A stretch of 64,000 bases of DNA from a virus (IMGVR_UViG_3300028388_003891:5513-69512), one strand, 5' to 3'; shown: positions 50,113-56,973, counted from the first letter of the stretch. Made by a program: numbers and translations. The notes: generated from the letters alone by a model not told the origin.

Positions 50113-50170
50113 AGTCCCCCTGATGAGTCTTATCGGAGACGAAACGCAAAGCTAAAGTAGCGTCGGGGAA
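50113..50170 (+). ncRNA. Hammerhead ribozyme 1 (type I, open stem I); predicted cleavage between 50164 and 50165
   Basis: GUCCCC-CUGAUGA-GUCU[UAUCGG]AGAC-GAAA-CGC[AAAGCUAAAGUA]GCG-UC^GGGGA. All core nucleotides are present (C3-A9, G12-A14, A15.1-U16.1, C17). Confidence 0.7.
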
Positions 50171-50275
50171 GAGAGAAGAAAATCTTCCCCCAGCTACCAC
50201 GAACTGTGAGCGTGGGAATCGCGGAGGGCAACAAGTCTCTTGTGACGGAAACCGATGCGACTTATCACAAATTAA

Positions 50276-50361
50276 CGCGGGATATACAAGCGGTCAACGT
50301 GATAGGGCTCATAACCCTATACCTTAGTGTTTCGTGGGTTCGAATCCCACTCCCGCAACCA
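50276..50361 (+). tRNA. tRNA-fMet-like (anticodon CAU), initiator features, unusual 14-nt variable region
   Basis: C1.A72 mismatch (CGCGGGA/UCCCGCA), anticodon stem with three G-C pairs (UAGGG-CUCAUAA-CCCUA), T arm GUGGG-UUCGAAU-CCCAC, A73-CCA. Confidence 0.55.
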
Positions 50362-50991
50362 AATTAACAGGCTGCCTTTCACATAGCCTGTTTTGACCGG
50401 CCCCTGTTTTTCCTCCTCCTTTTCGCAGGGGCCGGTCACCCTCTCCCCCGTTGCCCTCAATCTGACATTAAGAGATAATGTCTATGTTGAATTGAGGAGG
50501 CACCAATGAGCAAATACATTGTTTTCCAAATCGAAGTGACCCGCGCCATGGCCGACAAGATCGAGGTGTGATCGACATCAGAGAGTCGATAATGCCGACC
50601 CACGTCACACTGGCGATTGAAGACGGCCGCCTGATGGTCGTCGACGGCAGTGGGTATGACTTCATCATTGAGGAAGAAGATGAAACACAATCCAGTAGCT
50701 AAACACGCACACAAGTTCAACAAATGCGCCAAGCATGTTGACCGTAAGGCGCGTTCTAAGCGAGGATATCGCAAACACAGGAGAATTGATAATGGGTGTT
50801 GAGAACACAAATGTGGATACCAAAGAGCTCATGGTCGAGATTGATCTTGAACTTGGATCACTTGCGGCGCGGATCGCAACCGGCCTAACGTACAGCGAAA
50901 TCGTCGCGTTCGTTGAAATGATTGATAGCGAGGTATCCGACACCGAGTTTACGGACCAACTGATTAACGCCGTCCTACGCCTCAATGATTA

Positions 50992-51045
50992 ACTGCCCTG
51001 ATGAGTCTTACAGGAGACGAAACGCGCTGATAGCGCGTCGGCAGA
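50992..51045 (+). ncRNA. Hammerhead ribozyme 2 (type I); cleaves between 51039 and 51040, exactly at the tRNA-Tyr 5' end
   Basis: AACUGCC-CUGAUGA-GUCU[UACAGG]AGAC-GAAA-CGCGC[UGAUA]GCGCG-UC^GGCAGAG. Stem I is formed by the upstream CUGCC and the tRNA 5' acceptor strand GGCAG. Confidence 0.75.
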
Positions 51046-51121
51046 GTACACCCGTAACTGGTAGCGGCCCGCACTGTAACTGCGCATAACGTTGGGGGTT
51101 CGAATCCCTCCTCTGCCACCA
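51040..51121 (+). tRNA. tRNA (anticodon GUA, Tyr-type) with short variable region
   Basis: Acceptor GGCAGAG/CUCUGCC-A-CCA, anticodon arm (C)CGCA-CUGUAAC-UGCG(C), T arm GGGGG-UUCGAAU-CCCUC. D arm poorly paired. Confidence 0.55.
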
Positions 51122-51136
51122 AATTGAAAGGAGTTT

Positions 51137-51499
51137 GTGATGAATAAACGCTTCACGATTATCGCTGCGATAGTGATAGGCATCGGTAGTTTGTTTACTC
51201 TTTACGAAGGGGTCAAAGCTATCCGGCAGTATGCGTGGAACCATGAGGTTGTTGACGCTCGTCCCGTCGGTCCCGTTCGCACTGAGCAACGATTGATCGA
51301 ATGTGAGTATACAGGAATATGCTCTCGCTTTGATCCGCTGAACGGCGAGATGAGAACGGGGTTATCATCCTTTTGTCGCGGTCACCGTCCGGTCGTTGCT
51401 CGCATACAAGATGTGCAAGAGACGCTTCGTAACGGCGAGCAACGAATTCGAGAAGAGATAATGAGTCGCACAATCGTCGAGGGCGTAGCATGCAGATGA
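51137..51499 (+). CDS. Hypothetical membrane-anchored protein
   Basis: 120 aa with N-terminal TM helix. RBS AAAGGAG. Confidence 0.35.
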   Translation: MMNKRFTIIAAIVIGIGSLFTLYEGVKAIRQYAWNHEVVDARPVGPVRTEQRLIECEYTGICSRFDPLNGEMRTGLSSFCRGHRPVVARIQDVQETLRNGEQRIREEIMSRTIVEGVACR

Positions 51500-51533
51500 G
51501 CAAAGACGTAACCAAAGAGATTCTCAAAACGAA

Positions 51534-51607
51534 AGGGGATTAGCATAACGGTAGTGCGTCGGACTCTGACTCCGAATGTGGTGGTTCAATTCCACCATCC
51601 CCCGCCA
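51534..51607 (+). tRNA. tRNA-Gln (CUG)
   Basis: Anticodon arm UCGGA-CUCUGAC-UCCGA, T arm GGUGG-UUCAAUU-CCACC, acceptor AGGGGAU/AUCCCCC (A1.C72), G73-CCA. Confidence 0.6.
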
Positions 51608-51612
51608 ACAAA

Positions 51613-51688
51613 GCAGCTTTAGCAATGATGGTTCATGCGCTGGCCTGAAGTCCCAGATATCTCGGTTCGATCCCGAGGAGCTGCACCA
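51613..51688 (+). tRNA. tRNA-Phe (GAA)
   Basis: Acceptor GCAGCUU/GAGCUGC, anticodon loop CUGAAGU with C31.C39 mismatch, T arm CUCGG-UUCGAUC-CCGAG, A73-CCA. Confidence 0.55.
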
Positions 51689-51708
51689 AACAACAAAGGC
51701 GATGAGCA

Positions 51709-51969
51709 ATGTATGCAGTTCCCGAACGGTTTGATGTCCAGGCGCTTGGACGCACGATTACAGTGGTCTCCACGGCGAAGCCAGAAGATGGCGTGTATCA
51801 ATTGTGCGTAGAGATAGATGGCGAAATGGTACAGCTCGATACCTCGGTGCGAATAGAAGGACAGGAACTCTCATATATGATTCACGAGGAGGGGTATCAC
51901 GACATCTTGTTCCGTCTGGTTGCAGACGCAATTGAAGAACAGATGGGCCGTTCAGAAGCAAACAGCTAA
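51709..51969 (+). CDS. Hypothetical acidic protein
   Basis: 86 aa. Stop abuts tRNA 51971. Confidence 0.35.
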   Translation: MYAVPERFDVQALGRTITVVSTAKPEDGVYQLCVEIDGEMVQLDTSVRIEGQELSYMIHEEGYHDILFRLVADAIEEQMGRSEANS

Positions 51970-51970
51970 A

Positions 51971-52048
51971 GCGCCTGTAGCCCAATCAGGTAGAGGCAGC
52001 GGCTTTAAACCCCGTTCAGTGTGGGTTCGATCCCCTCCAGGCGCACCA
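51971..52048 (+). tRNA. tRNA with Leu anticodon UAA but class-I architecture (5-nt variable loop)
   Basis: Acceptor GCGCCUG/CAGGCGC, D stem GCC/GGC, anticodon arm GCGG(C)-UUUAAAC-(C)CCGU, T arm GUGGG-UUCGAUC-CCCUC, A73-CCA. Confidence 0.5.
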
Positions 52049-52082
52049 ACATCGGTTGACGACAACACGCTGGTAAGGGACA

Positions 52083-52301
52083 ATGAGTCTTTTGGAGGAT
52101 AAAACAATGGGTGAACGAACAATTCCTGCTCCAACAGAGCATCACTTCAGCTTTGCGACGGCAGTGGTCGATAATATGGTTCGCAACTGTGGAATCACAA
52201 GCTCCGGCGAAGACATCGATAAACTTAAAGACGCGATGGTTTCGTGCATTGCCCACCGTGACGCAGAGATCCTGTGGCTGCGCAAACTGGTGCATCCGTG
52301 A
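52083..52301 (+). CDS. Hypothetical protein
   Basis: 72 aa with RBS GGAGGA. Confidence 0.35.
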   Translation: MSLLEDKTMGERTIPAPTEHHFSFATAVVDNMVRNCGITSSGEDIDKLKDAMVSCIAHRDAEILWLRKLVHP

Positions 52302-52603
52302 TGTTGTACACTCCAGATAGATGGGTGTTGCTGGAAATCGAGCCGTACAAGTTGTACAAAGTGCTGGCGGGGTGGAATGGTGGTTATCTTTCGGCGGACG
52401 AATGGCGGATCAACTCCGGCATTAAAAGTCTGACCGATGAAGGCCAATATTTCACAGCAACAGGACACAGCGGCAGTGAATACCGTTTGTACAAGGATGC
52501 AGAGGGGTTCAATAAGATCAGCGCAGATGTGCTGTACAACCTCCAGAATGCTTATCCCCATATCGTCACTGTTTCTGCTGAACAATATTTTACGCGGGTG
52601 TAG
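52302..52603 (+). CDS. Hypothetical protein (start at the Met following the upstream stop)
   Basis: 100 aa. Ends with a TAG inside tRNA-Gly. Confidence 0.35.
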
Positions 52604-52669
52604 CTCAGTTGGTAGAGCATCTGGTTGCCAATCAGAAGGCCGTGGGATCGTGACCCATCACCCGCTCCA
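52594..52669 (+). tRNA. tRNA-Gly (GCC) with non-canonical T loop AUCGUGA
   Basis: Acceptor GCGGGUG/CACCCGC, D arm GCUC-AGUUGGUA-GAGC, anticodon arm UCUGG-UUGCCAA-UCAGA, U73-CCA. Overlaps the TAG stop of the upstream ORF. Confidence 0.65.
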
Positions 52670-52803
52670 AATTCTTGAATATGGAATGAGGAGAACTTAG
52701 TGAACAAACTTCGTAATCCGTACGATTCAAGGCAAGCGCCATCTGGGCGCGAATCTAAACAAAACGAACAACCCAGCCCATACGACGCGAGTGGTGTTCG
52801 TCG

Positions 52804-53100
52804 TTGGCTCGAACGGAAAACGAGGCGAAAACATCAAAAGTGAGATTGCTAATTTTTGCAGCGGTGCTGCTTTGTACAGCCTGCTCGACTACGCCGCCAG
52901 GAGTGACAAAACAGTGCGTACGTTACGAGTACAACAACGACTGGGAAATTGTTCAAATGGGCGGCTTCTACAGAGTAAAAGCGCCTCAGATGATATGCCG
53001 AAAATGGATGTATTATGAAAGTAGCAGTGACCGGTACGCGCCACGGAATGACTCGTCCACAAAGACAAATGGTGATGTCGACGATCCACCAGTAGACTGA
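52804..53100 (+). CDS. Small lipoprotein
   Basis: Signal peptide with lipobox 'LLCTAC'. Confidence 0.4.
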   Translation: MARTENEAKTSKVRLLIFAAVLLCTACSTTPPGVTKQCVRYEYNNDWEIVQMGGFYRVKAPQMICRKWMYYESSSDRYAPRNDSSTKTNGDVDDPPVD

Positions 53101-53101
53101 G

Positions 53102-53470
53102 TTGCATCAAGGATGCTGCAAAGGCGTTGATCGCGAATGCTACCTAATGGCAGCAGACAATCCAGACTACGACATAACGATTTACTCGTACCCACCAATT
53201 AATGATCACTATGCGATCAAGTGCCTCGGTCATGTCAATTACAAGCCACAGCCGTTCCTTGTACGCGATCGTGCTCTGGTAGATGCGGCGGATATTCTGC
53301 TATCGATGCCACTTACTGATTACGAGACATTTCGCAGTGGTACATGGTACACTACACGCTATGCTCTGCAGCAGGACAAGCCTGTCGTACTGATTCAACC
53401 TAACGGCACTAGTGTGCCTGCTGATGAAATTGAGAGATACTTACTACCTGGAAAATGGGGTGAAAGGTAA
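53102..53470 (+). CDS. Hypothetical protein (nucleoside 2-deoxyribosyltransferase-like fold?)
   Basis: 'ALVDAADILLSMP...TWYTTRYALQQDKPVVLI'. Weak call. Confidence 0.25.
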   Translation: MHQGCCKGVDRECYLMAADNPDYDITIYSYPPINDHYAIKCLGHVNYKPQPFLVRDRALVDAADILLSMPLTDYETFRSGTWYTTRYALQQDKPVVLIQPNGTSVPADEIERYLLPGKWGER

Positions 53471-54435
53471 TGGAATTCATCAAATACAGCTCGATTGAGA
53501 ATCACTACCGTGAGAAGGTTGTCGACTGGTATCGTGAAAATGGATTAGAAAACGTCGGATGGATCTTGACGGAGAAGATCCATGGCGCTAACTTTTCTTT
53601 CTGGTGCAACAGCAGCGAAGTCAAGGTCGCATCTCGTAACCAATGGGTCGACAGCACATTCTATAGCTGTCAGGACATCATCGACGCGTACACGCCCGTT
53701 GTGCTAGAGCTCGCTACTTTCTTCCCCAACAGCACTGTAGCTGTGTATGGGGAGCTGTACGGACCCGGTATTCAGAAGGGGGTCAATTACGGCGACAAAA
53801 AAGATTTCGTTGCCTTCGACATTCGAGTTGACGGATACTTCCTAGATCGTAATAAAGTACATGTGTACATCGCTGGTGCAAACCAGCTGACATTACAAAA
53901 GCACGGTCAGAGGTCCACCTTGATGGACGTTGTCCCTATTGTTGGCTCGACAGTGTCACTAACACAAGTGCTTGAGTTTGATAACGAGTTTGTATCTGTG
54001 CTTGGCCGTCTCAATGGTGTCGACGACGATGCCAACCTTGCTGAGGGATTCATTGCAACGCCAGTCGGCAAAGCGTACCAACGCATTGGCAGCGACCGTG
54101 TGATCCTCAAATCGAAAGGTGAAAAGTGGACAGAGAAAAGCAAGAAGGTAAAGACGCCTCGTGCTCCTGTTACTGAGCACCCACTGACATCAACGGTTGA
54201 GCAGTATGTCAACACCAACCGTGTCGATGCTGTCACAAGTAAGATGGGCCCGTTGACTCCAAAGGACTTTGGTCGGATCATTAGGGCTGTTTGTGATGAT
54301 GTCATTGATGACATGGTGAAGGACGGTGATGTTCGTAGCTGCTGGCGCGATGACGAAGAGACGAAAGACCTTGGCAAGGTTGTTAACAAAGTGGTAGTGC
54401 CTTTCCTCAAGAAAGAGCTGCTACCGACGTTGTAA
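53470..54435 (+). CDS. RNA ligase, Rnl2 family
   Basis: Nucleotidyltransferase motif I 'TEKIHGANF' (compare T4 Rnl2 'EKIHGTNF'). 321 aa. Embedded in the tRNA/ribozyme array. Confidence 0.65.
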   Translation: MEFIKYSSIENHYREKVVDWYRENGLENVGWILTEKIHGANFSFWCNSSEVKVASRNQWVDSTFYSCQDIIDAYTPVVLELATFFPNSTVAVYGELYGPGIQKGVNYGDKKDFVAFDIRVDGYFLDRNKVHVYIAGANQLTLQKHGQRSTLMDVVPIVGSTVSLTQVLEFDNEFVSVLGRLNGVDDDANLAEGFIATPVGKAYQRIGSDRVILKSKGEKWTEKSKKVKTPRAPVTEHPLTSTVEQYVNTNRVDAVTSKMGPLTPKDFGRIIRAVCDDVIDDMVKDGDVRSCWRDDEETKDLGKVVNKVVVPFLKKELLPTL

Positions 54436-54452
54436 CACGCTTGGCAGTGTAG

Positions 54453-54497
54453 GCGGGTGAGGAACCACGAACTGGATCCAGTGACCCCGCCGTTTTA
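54453..54497 (+). terminator. Terminator-like hairpin after the RNA ligase gene, leading into a TATAAAT box before tRNA-Glu
   Basis: GGCGGG...CCCGCC stem with an internal CTGGATCCAG palindrome, then GTTTTATAAAT. Confidence 0.4.
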
Positions 54498-54505
54498 TAA
54501 ATTAC

Positions 54506-54582
54506 GTCCCTATAGGTTAACAGGTTAGACCTTCAGGCTTTCAACCTGGCAGAGTGGGGTTCGAGTCCCCCTAGGGACACCA
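54506..54582 (+). tRNA. tRNA-Glu (UUC)
   Basis: Acceptor GUCCCUA/UAGGGAC, anticodon arm UCAGG-CUUUCAA-CCUGG, T loop UUCGAGU, A73-CCA. Confidence 0.7.
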
Positions 54583-54586
54583 AATT

Positions 54587-54686
54587 ACGTGCTTGGTGTA
54601 ATGCGTAGCATACCAAGACCGAACTGCGCGAACGCAGATGTAGGCAATCAAAATGGGAGGTCCAGGTTCGAATCCTGGGGCACGTA
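54587..54686 (+). other. tRNA-like element (about 100 nt) with canonical T arm and 3' acceptor strand but no recognisable anticodon arm; no CCA
   Basis: 5' ACGUGCU pairs with 3' GGCACGU-A. T arm CCAGG-UUCGAAU-CCUGG. Interior consists of two hairpins (CUUGGUGU...ACCAAG and CUGCG-CGAA-CGCAG). Confidence 0.3.
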
Positions 54687-54695
54687 ACTAATAAA

Positions 54696-54772
54696 CTGGG
54701 TATAGGGCAGTCTGGTAGCCTACCTCCCTTGGAAGGAGGATGTCGATGGTTCAAATCCATCTACCCAGACCA
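54696..54772 (+). tRNA. tRNA-Pro (UGG)
   Basis: C1-G72 acceptor CUGGGUA/UACCCAG, anticodon arm CCUCC-CUUGGAA-GGAGG, T arm GAUGG-UUCAAAU-CCAUC, A73-CCA. Confidence 0.75.
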
Positions 54773-54924
54773 ATTTTGGCTTGTACGCAAGCGGTGACGG
54801 AAGCAGCTTGCAGAATGTGTTGAACGTCAGATGTGGGTAATACTAGAATCGCTATCTAGAACTAAGACATAGCCACGATGCCGGAGATCCGTGGGGTGCG
54901 TCGTGGCGGCCAAAATTCAACAGA

Positions 54925-55000
54925 GGTGCCGTAGCTTAACGGGGAAAGGCTCAGACTGTCAATCTGAGAGATACGGGTTCGAGACCCGTCGGTACCGCCA
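54925..55000 (+). tRNA. tRNA-Asp (GUC)
   Basis: Anticodon arm UCAGA-CUGUCAA-UCUGA, T arm ACGGG-UUCGAGA-CCCGU, acceptor GGUGCCG/CGGUACC, G73-CCA. Confidence 0.7.
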
Positions 55001-55018
55001 AACTAAAAGGAGAAGAAA

Positions 55019-55267
55019 ATGGACGACAACCAGTTGTATTCCATCAGTTGTATTAGCTTCTTTTTTACGATATGCGTCATAGCGTTTACAATCGGATCTT
55101 GTAATACCAGAGAAGCAGAGCAGGAAACGGAGAGGTATCGAATCGAAATGGATCGATACGATCCTGGTTCGATTGACTATTTGGAAGCGCAGTGTATCGA
55201 GAAGTCGGGACTCCATGCTTCGATACTTCGGTTCTGTGAAGAAGCGCTGGAGAAAGCAAACGGATAA
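55019..55267 (+). CDS. Small membrane protein inside the tRNA array
   Basis: 82 aa with RBS AAGGAG and one TM helix. Confidence 0.4.
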   Translation: MDDNQLYSISCISFFFTICVIAFTIGSCNTREAEQETERYRIEMDRYDPGSIDYLEAQCIEKSGLHASILRFCEEALEKANG

Positions 55268-55268
55268 T

Positions 55269-55345
55269 GCGCCCCTACGCAAATTGGCAAAGCGGCTGGC
55301 TTTAGAAGCCGGTGTTTCTCGGTTCGAGTCCGAGGGGGCGTACCA
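55269..55345 (+). tRNA. tRNA with Leu anticodon UAG, class-I architecture
   Basis: Acceptor GCGCCCC/GGGGCGU (G1.U72), anticodon arm CUGGC-UUUAGAA-GCCGG, 5-nt variable loop, T arm CUCGG-UUCGAGU-CCGAG, A73-CCA. Confidence 0.5.
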
Positions 55346-55351
55346 AACAAT

Positions 55352-55428
55352 GGGTCGTTAGCTTAATTGAGTAAAGCAGCAGGCTTTTAACCTGCCAGAT
55401 CTGAGTTCGAGTCTCAGGCGGCCTACCA
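55352..55428 (+). tRNA. tRNA-Lys (UUU)
   Basis: D arm GCUU-AAUUGAGUA-AAGC, anticodon arm GCAGG-CUUUUAA-CCUGC, T arm CUGAG-UUCGAGU-CUCAG, A73-CCA. Confidence 0.7.
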
Positions 55429-55568
55429 AATCAATATGGCGCTAACTCGTGCCCCGACCACCAGATCGGACTACAATGCTGGTAGGCACCTAGGCCTATA
55501 CTCGCCCCAGTCGAGTGAACGTGTGACAGTTACGACGACACGACCATAATGGAACTGGGACAAATTCT

Positions 55569-55644
55569 TGGCATGTAGCATTGAAGGTAATGCGCCGCAC
55601 TGTTAATGCGGAGGAATCCGGTTCGATCCCGGACGTGCCAGCCA
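55569..55644 (+). tRNA. tRNA-Asn (GUU)
   Basis: Acceptor UGGCAUG/CGUGCCA, D arm GCAU-UGAAGGUA-AUGC, anticodon arm CCGCA-CUGUUAA-UGCGG, T arm UCCGG-UUCGAUC-CCGGA, G73-CCA. Confidence 0.7.
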
Positions 55645-55910
55645 ATTATGGTCCGTTGCATTGGGATGCATCCCTTTGCTGATAAACGAAGGGGAGTAAG
55701 TCGGGCACGCGACCGACCGGAAGCCGGATATAAAGCTGTCATCTGACATGGTGGCAGTCGGACCGCCATACAATGGGGCGAAGTGACGTAGACGCGCGTT
55801 AAGAACAGCCGATCTGAGCCCCACCATAAATAGGTCAACACACTACAGGTTGACAACATGATAGCTTTCAAGGACCATATTCAAGAATCAAGAACAGCTA
55901 AAGTTTTAAC

Positions 55911-55984
55911 GCCCGGTTAGCTCAATGGGAGAGCTACTGCCTTACAAGCAGAGGACGGTGGTTCGATTCCATCACTGGGTACCA
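55911..55984 (+). tRNA. tRNA-Val (UAC)
   Basis: D arm GCUC-AAUGGGA-GAGC, anticodon arm (A)CUGC-CUUACAA-GCAG(A), T arm GGUGG-UUCGAUU-CCAUC, A73-CCA. Confidence 0.65.
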
Positions 55985-56016
55985 AGAATAGTGGAGGGCT
56001 AATGCCCATCTGCGAG

Positions 56017-56084
56017 CTCCACAACGACTGGCAAATGGCGCTGGGGTGTCCCGGAACGGAGGTTCGATTCCTCCCAGTTCGTAC
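56017..56084 (+). other. Truncated tRNA-like element (acceptor-like stem, one hairpin, canonical T arm), no CCA
   Basis: T arm GGAGG-UUCGAUU-CCUCC followed by CAGUUCG-U. Imperfect 5' partner CGACUGG. Preceded by a GUGGAG...CUCCAC nested hairpin at 55991-56023. Confidence 0.25.
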
Positions 56085-56245
56085 TACAACACCGGTTAGT
56101 GATACGAGTAACGATTAAGTTACAGTTGTGGAGCGGTACTATTAGGAATGGCTACAGCATCTAATTACTACGCAGCCAAAGAAAGCCATTCCGTAACAAT
56201 TAAGAGTGTTTGCAGCAACTAATCTTCCATGCTAAGGACGAGGCC

Positions 56246-56302
56246 GCAGGTTCGAATCCTGCTCCCCGCCATCGACGGTGGGGGTAGCTCAGCGGTAGAG
56301 CG
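56246..56302 (+). other. tRNA half-fragments: T arm plus 3' acceptor (CCUGC-UCCCCGC-C) followed 7 nt later by a tRNA 5' half (GGUGGGGG-UA-GCUC-AGCGGUA-GAGC-GC)
   Basis: The 3' strand UCCCCGC(C) upstream pairs perfectly with GGUGGGG downstream, a permuted or fragmented arrangement. The 5' half resembles tRNA-Ala. Confidence 0.3.
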
Positions 56303-56328
56303 CGTAGAAATACACTCTGTTTATTTTT

Positions 56329-56400
56329 GGGGGTGCCGTATGGGACGGACTTAGCCCTTGCAAGGCTGATGGTCGGGATCGTTACCCGATACCTCCACCA
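56329..56400 (+). tRNA. tRNA-Ala-like (UGC) with G3.U70 but a degenerate D arm; possibly a disrupted gene
   Basis: Acceptor GGGGGUG/UACCUCC (G3.U70), anticodon arm UAGCC-CUUGCAA-GGCUG, T arm UCGGG-AUCGUUA-CCCGA, A73-CCA. Preceded by a U-run and the tRNA 5' half fragment. Confidence 0.4.
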
Positions 56401-56406
56401 AACATT

Positions 56407-56484
56407 CACCGTGTAGCTCAGTCTGGTCAGAGCGTTCGCTTTGGAAGCGTAGGGCCACTGGTTCGAATCCAGTCATGGTGACCA
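56407..56484 (+). tRNA. tRNA-Pro (UGG), second copy with different sequence
   Basis: C1-G72 acceptor CACCGUG/CAUGGUG, D arm GCUC-AGUCUGGUCA-GAGC, anticodon arm UUCGC-UUUGGAA-GCGUA (one mismatch), T arm ACUGG-UUCGAAU-CCAGU, A73-CCA. Confidence 0.55.
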
Positions 56485-56664
56485 AATTGGTTCGTGGACT
56501 ACCGTAAGACGCCTACGTTTAGGTGCCGCGACCCCACGAACAAGTCGTGGGACGACAAGCGCGAATGTGTTATATACTTCACACGGACGGTGGCGTCTGT
56601 TGTTGTGAAAGTCGTTAACTAGCGTTGAGCTGATCACTCTAGTCCCGCGGCGGCGCTATTAAAT

Positions 56665-56740
56665 GGGTCGTTAGCTTAACTGGCAAAGCTCCGGTCTCCA
56701 AAACCGGCAGATCGCGGTTCGAAGCCGTGGCGGCCCGCCA
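56665..56740 (+). tRNA. tRNA-Trp (CCA)
   Basis: Anticodon arm CCGGU-CUCCAAA-ACCGG, D arm GCUU-AACUGGCA-AAGC, T arm CGCGG-UUCGAAG-CCGUG, G73-CCA. Confidence 0.7.
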
Positions 56741-56817
56741 AACAGCTCATAAGGTGAGCAGTTGCGACTGGTACATATTCGCCGCCACGCCATATTTTCT
56801 CTTGCCGGAAGATAAAC

Positions 56818-56893
56818 GCTCCTAAAGCATTGCTGGCCGATGCACGGGTCTTGTAAGCCTGAGAACTCAGTTCGATTCTGAGTAGGAGCACCA
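56818..56893 (+). tRNA. tRNA-Thr (UGU)
   Basis: Acceptor GCUCCUA/UAGGAGC, D arm GCAU-UGCUGGCCG-AUGC, anticodon arm CGGGU-CUUGUAA-GCCUG, T arm CUCAG-UUCGAUU-CUGAG, A73-CCA. Confidence 0.65.
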
Positions 56894-56897
56894 ACAT

Positions 56898-56973
56898 GCC
56901 CTCAAAGCATTGCCGATTGATGCGCGAGTTTCGTAAACTTGATAACTGCGTTTGATTCGCAGTGAGGGCTCCA
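56898..56973 (+). tRNA. tRNA-Thr (CGU)
   Basis: Acceptor GCCCUCA/UGAGGGC, anticodon arm CGAGU-UUCGUAA-ACUUG, T arm CUGCG-UUUGAUU-CGCAG, U73-CCA. Confidence 0.65.

Noticed and set aside
51493-51535. Hammerhead-like CAGAUGAG upstream of tRNA-Gln
   Set aside because: The core has A instead of U4 and no stem II/GAAA/stem III arrangement. It is the end of the 51137-51499 ORF.
53411-53420. CUGAUGA heptamer inside the 53102-53470 ORF
   Set aside because: No flanking stems or GAAA element. Chance occurrence in coding sequence.
56278-56400. Single 123-nt tRNA with an intron spanning 56303-56351
   Set aside because: Bacterial and phage tRNA introns are group I (over 200 nt). The 5' half pairs far better with the upstream orphan 3' strand than with the downstream acceptor. 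Kept as a fragmented or permuted locus instead.
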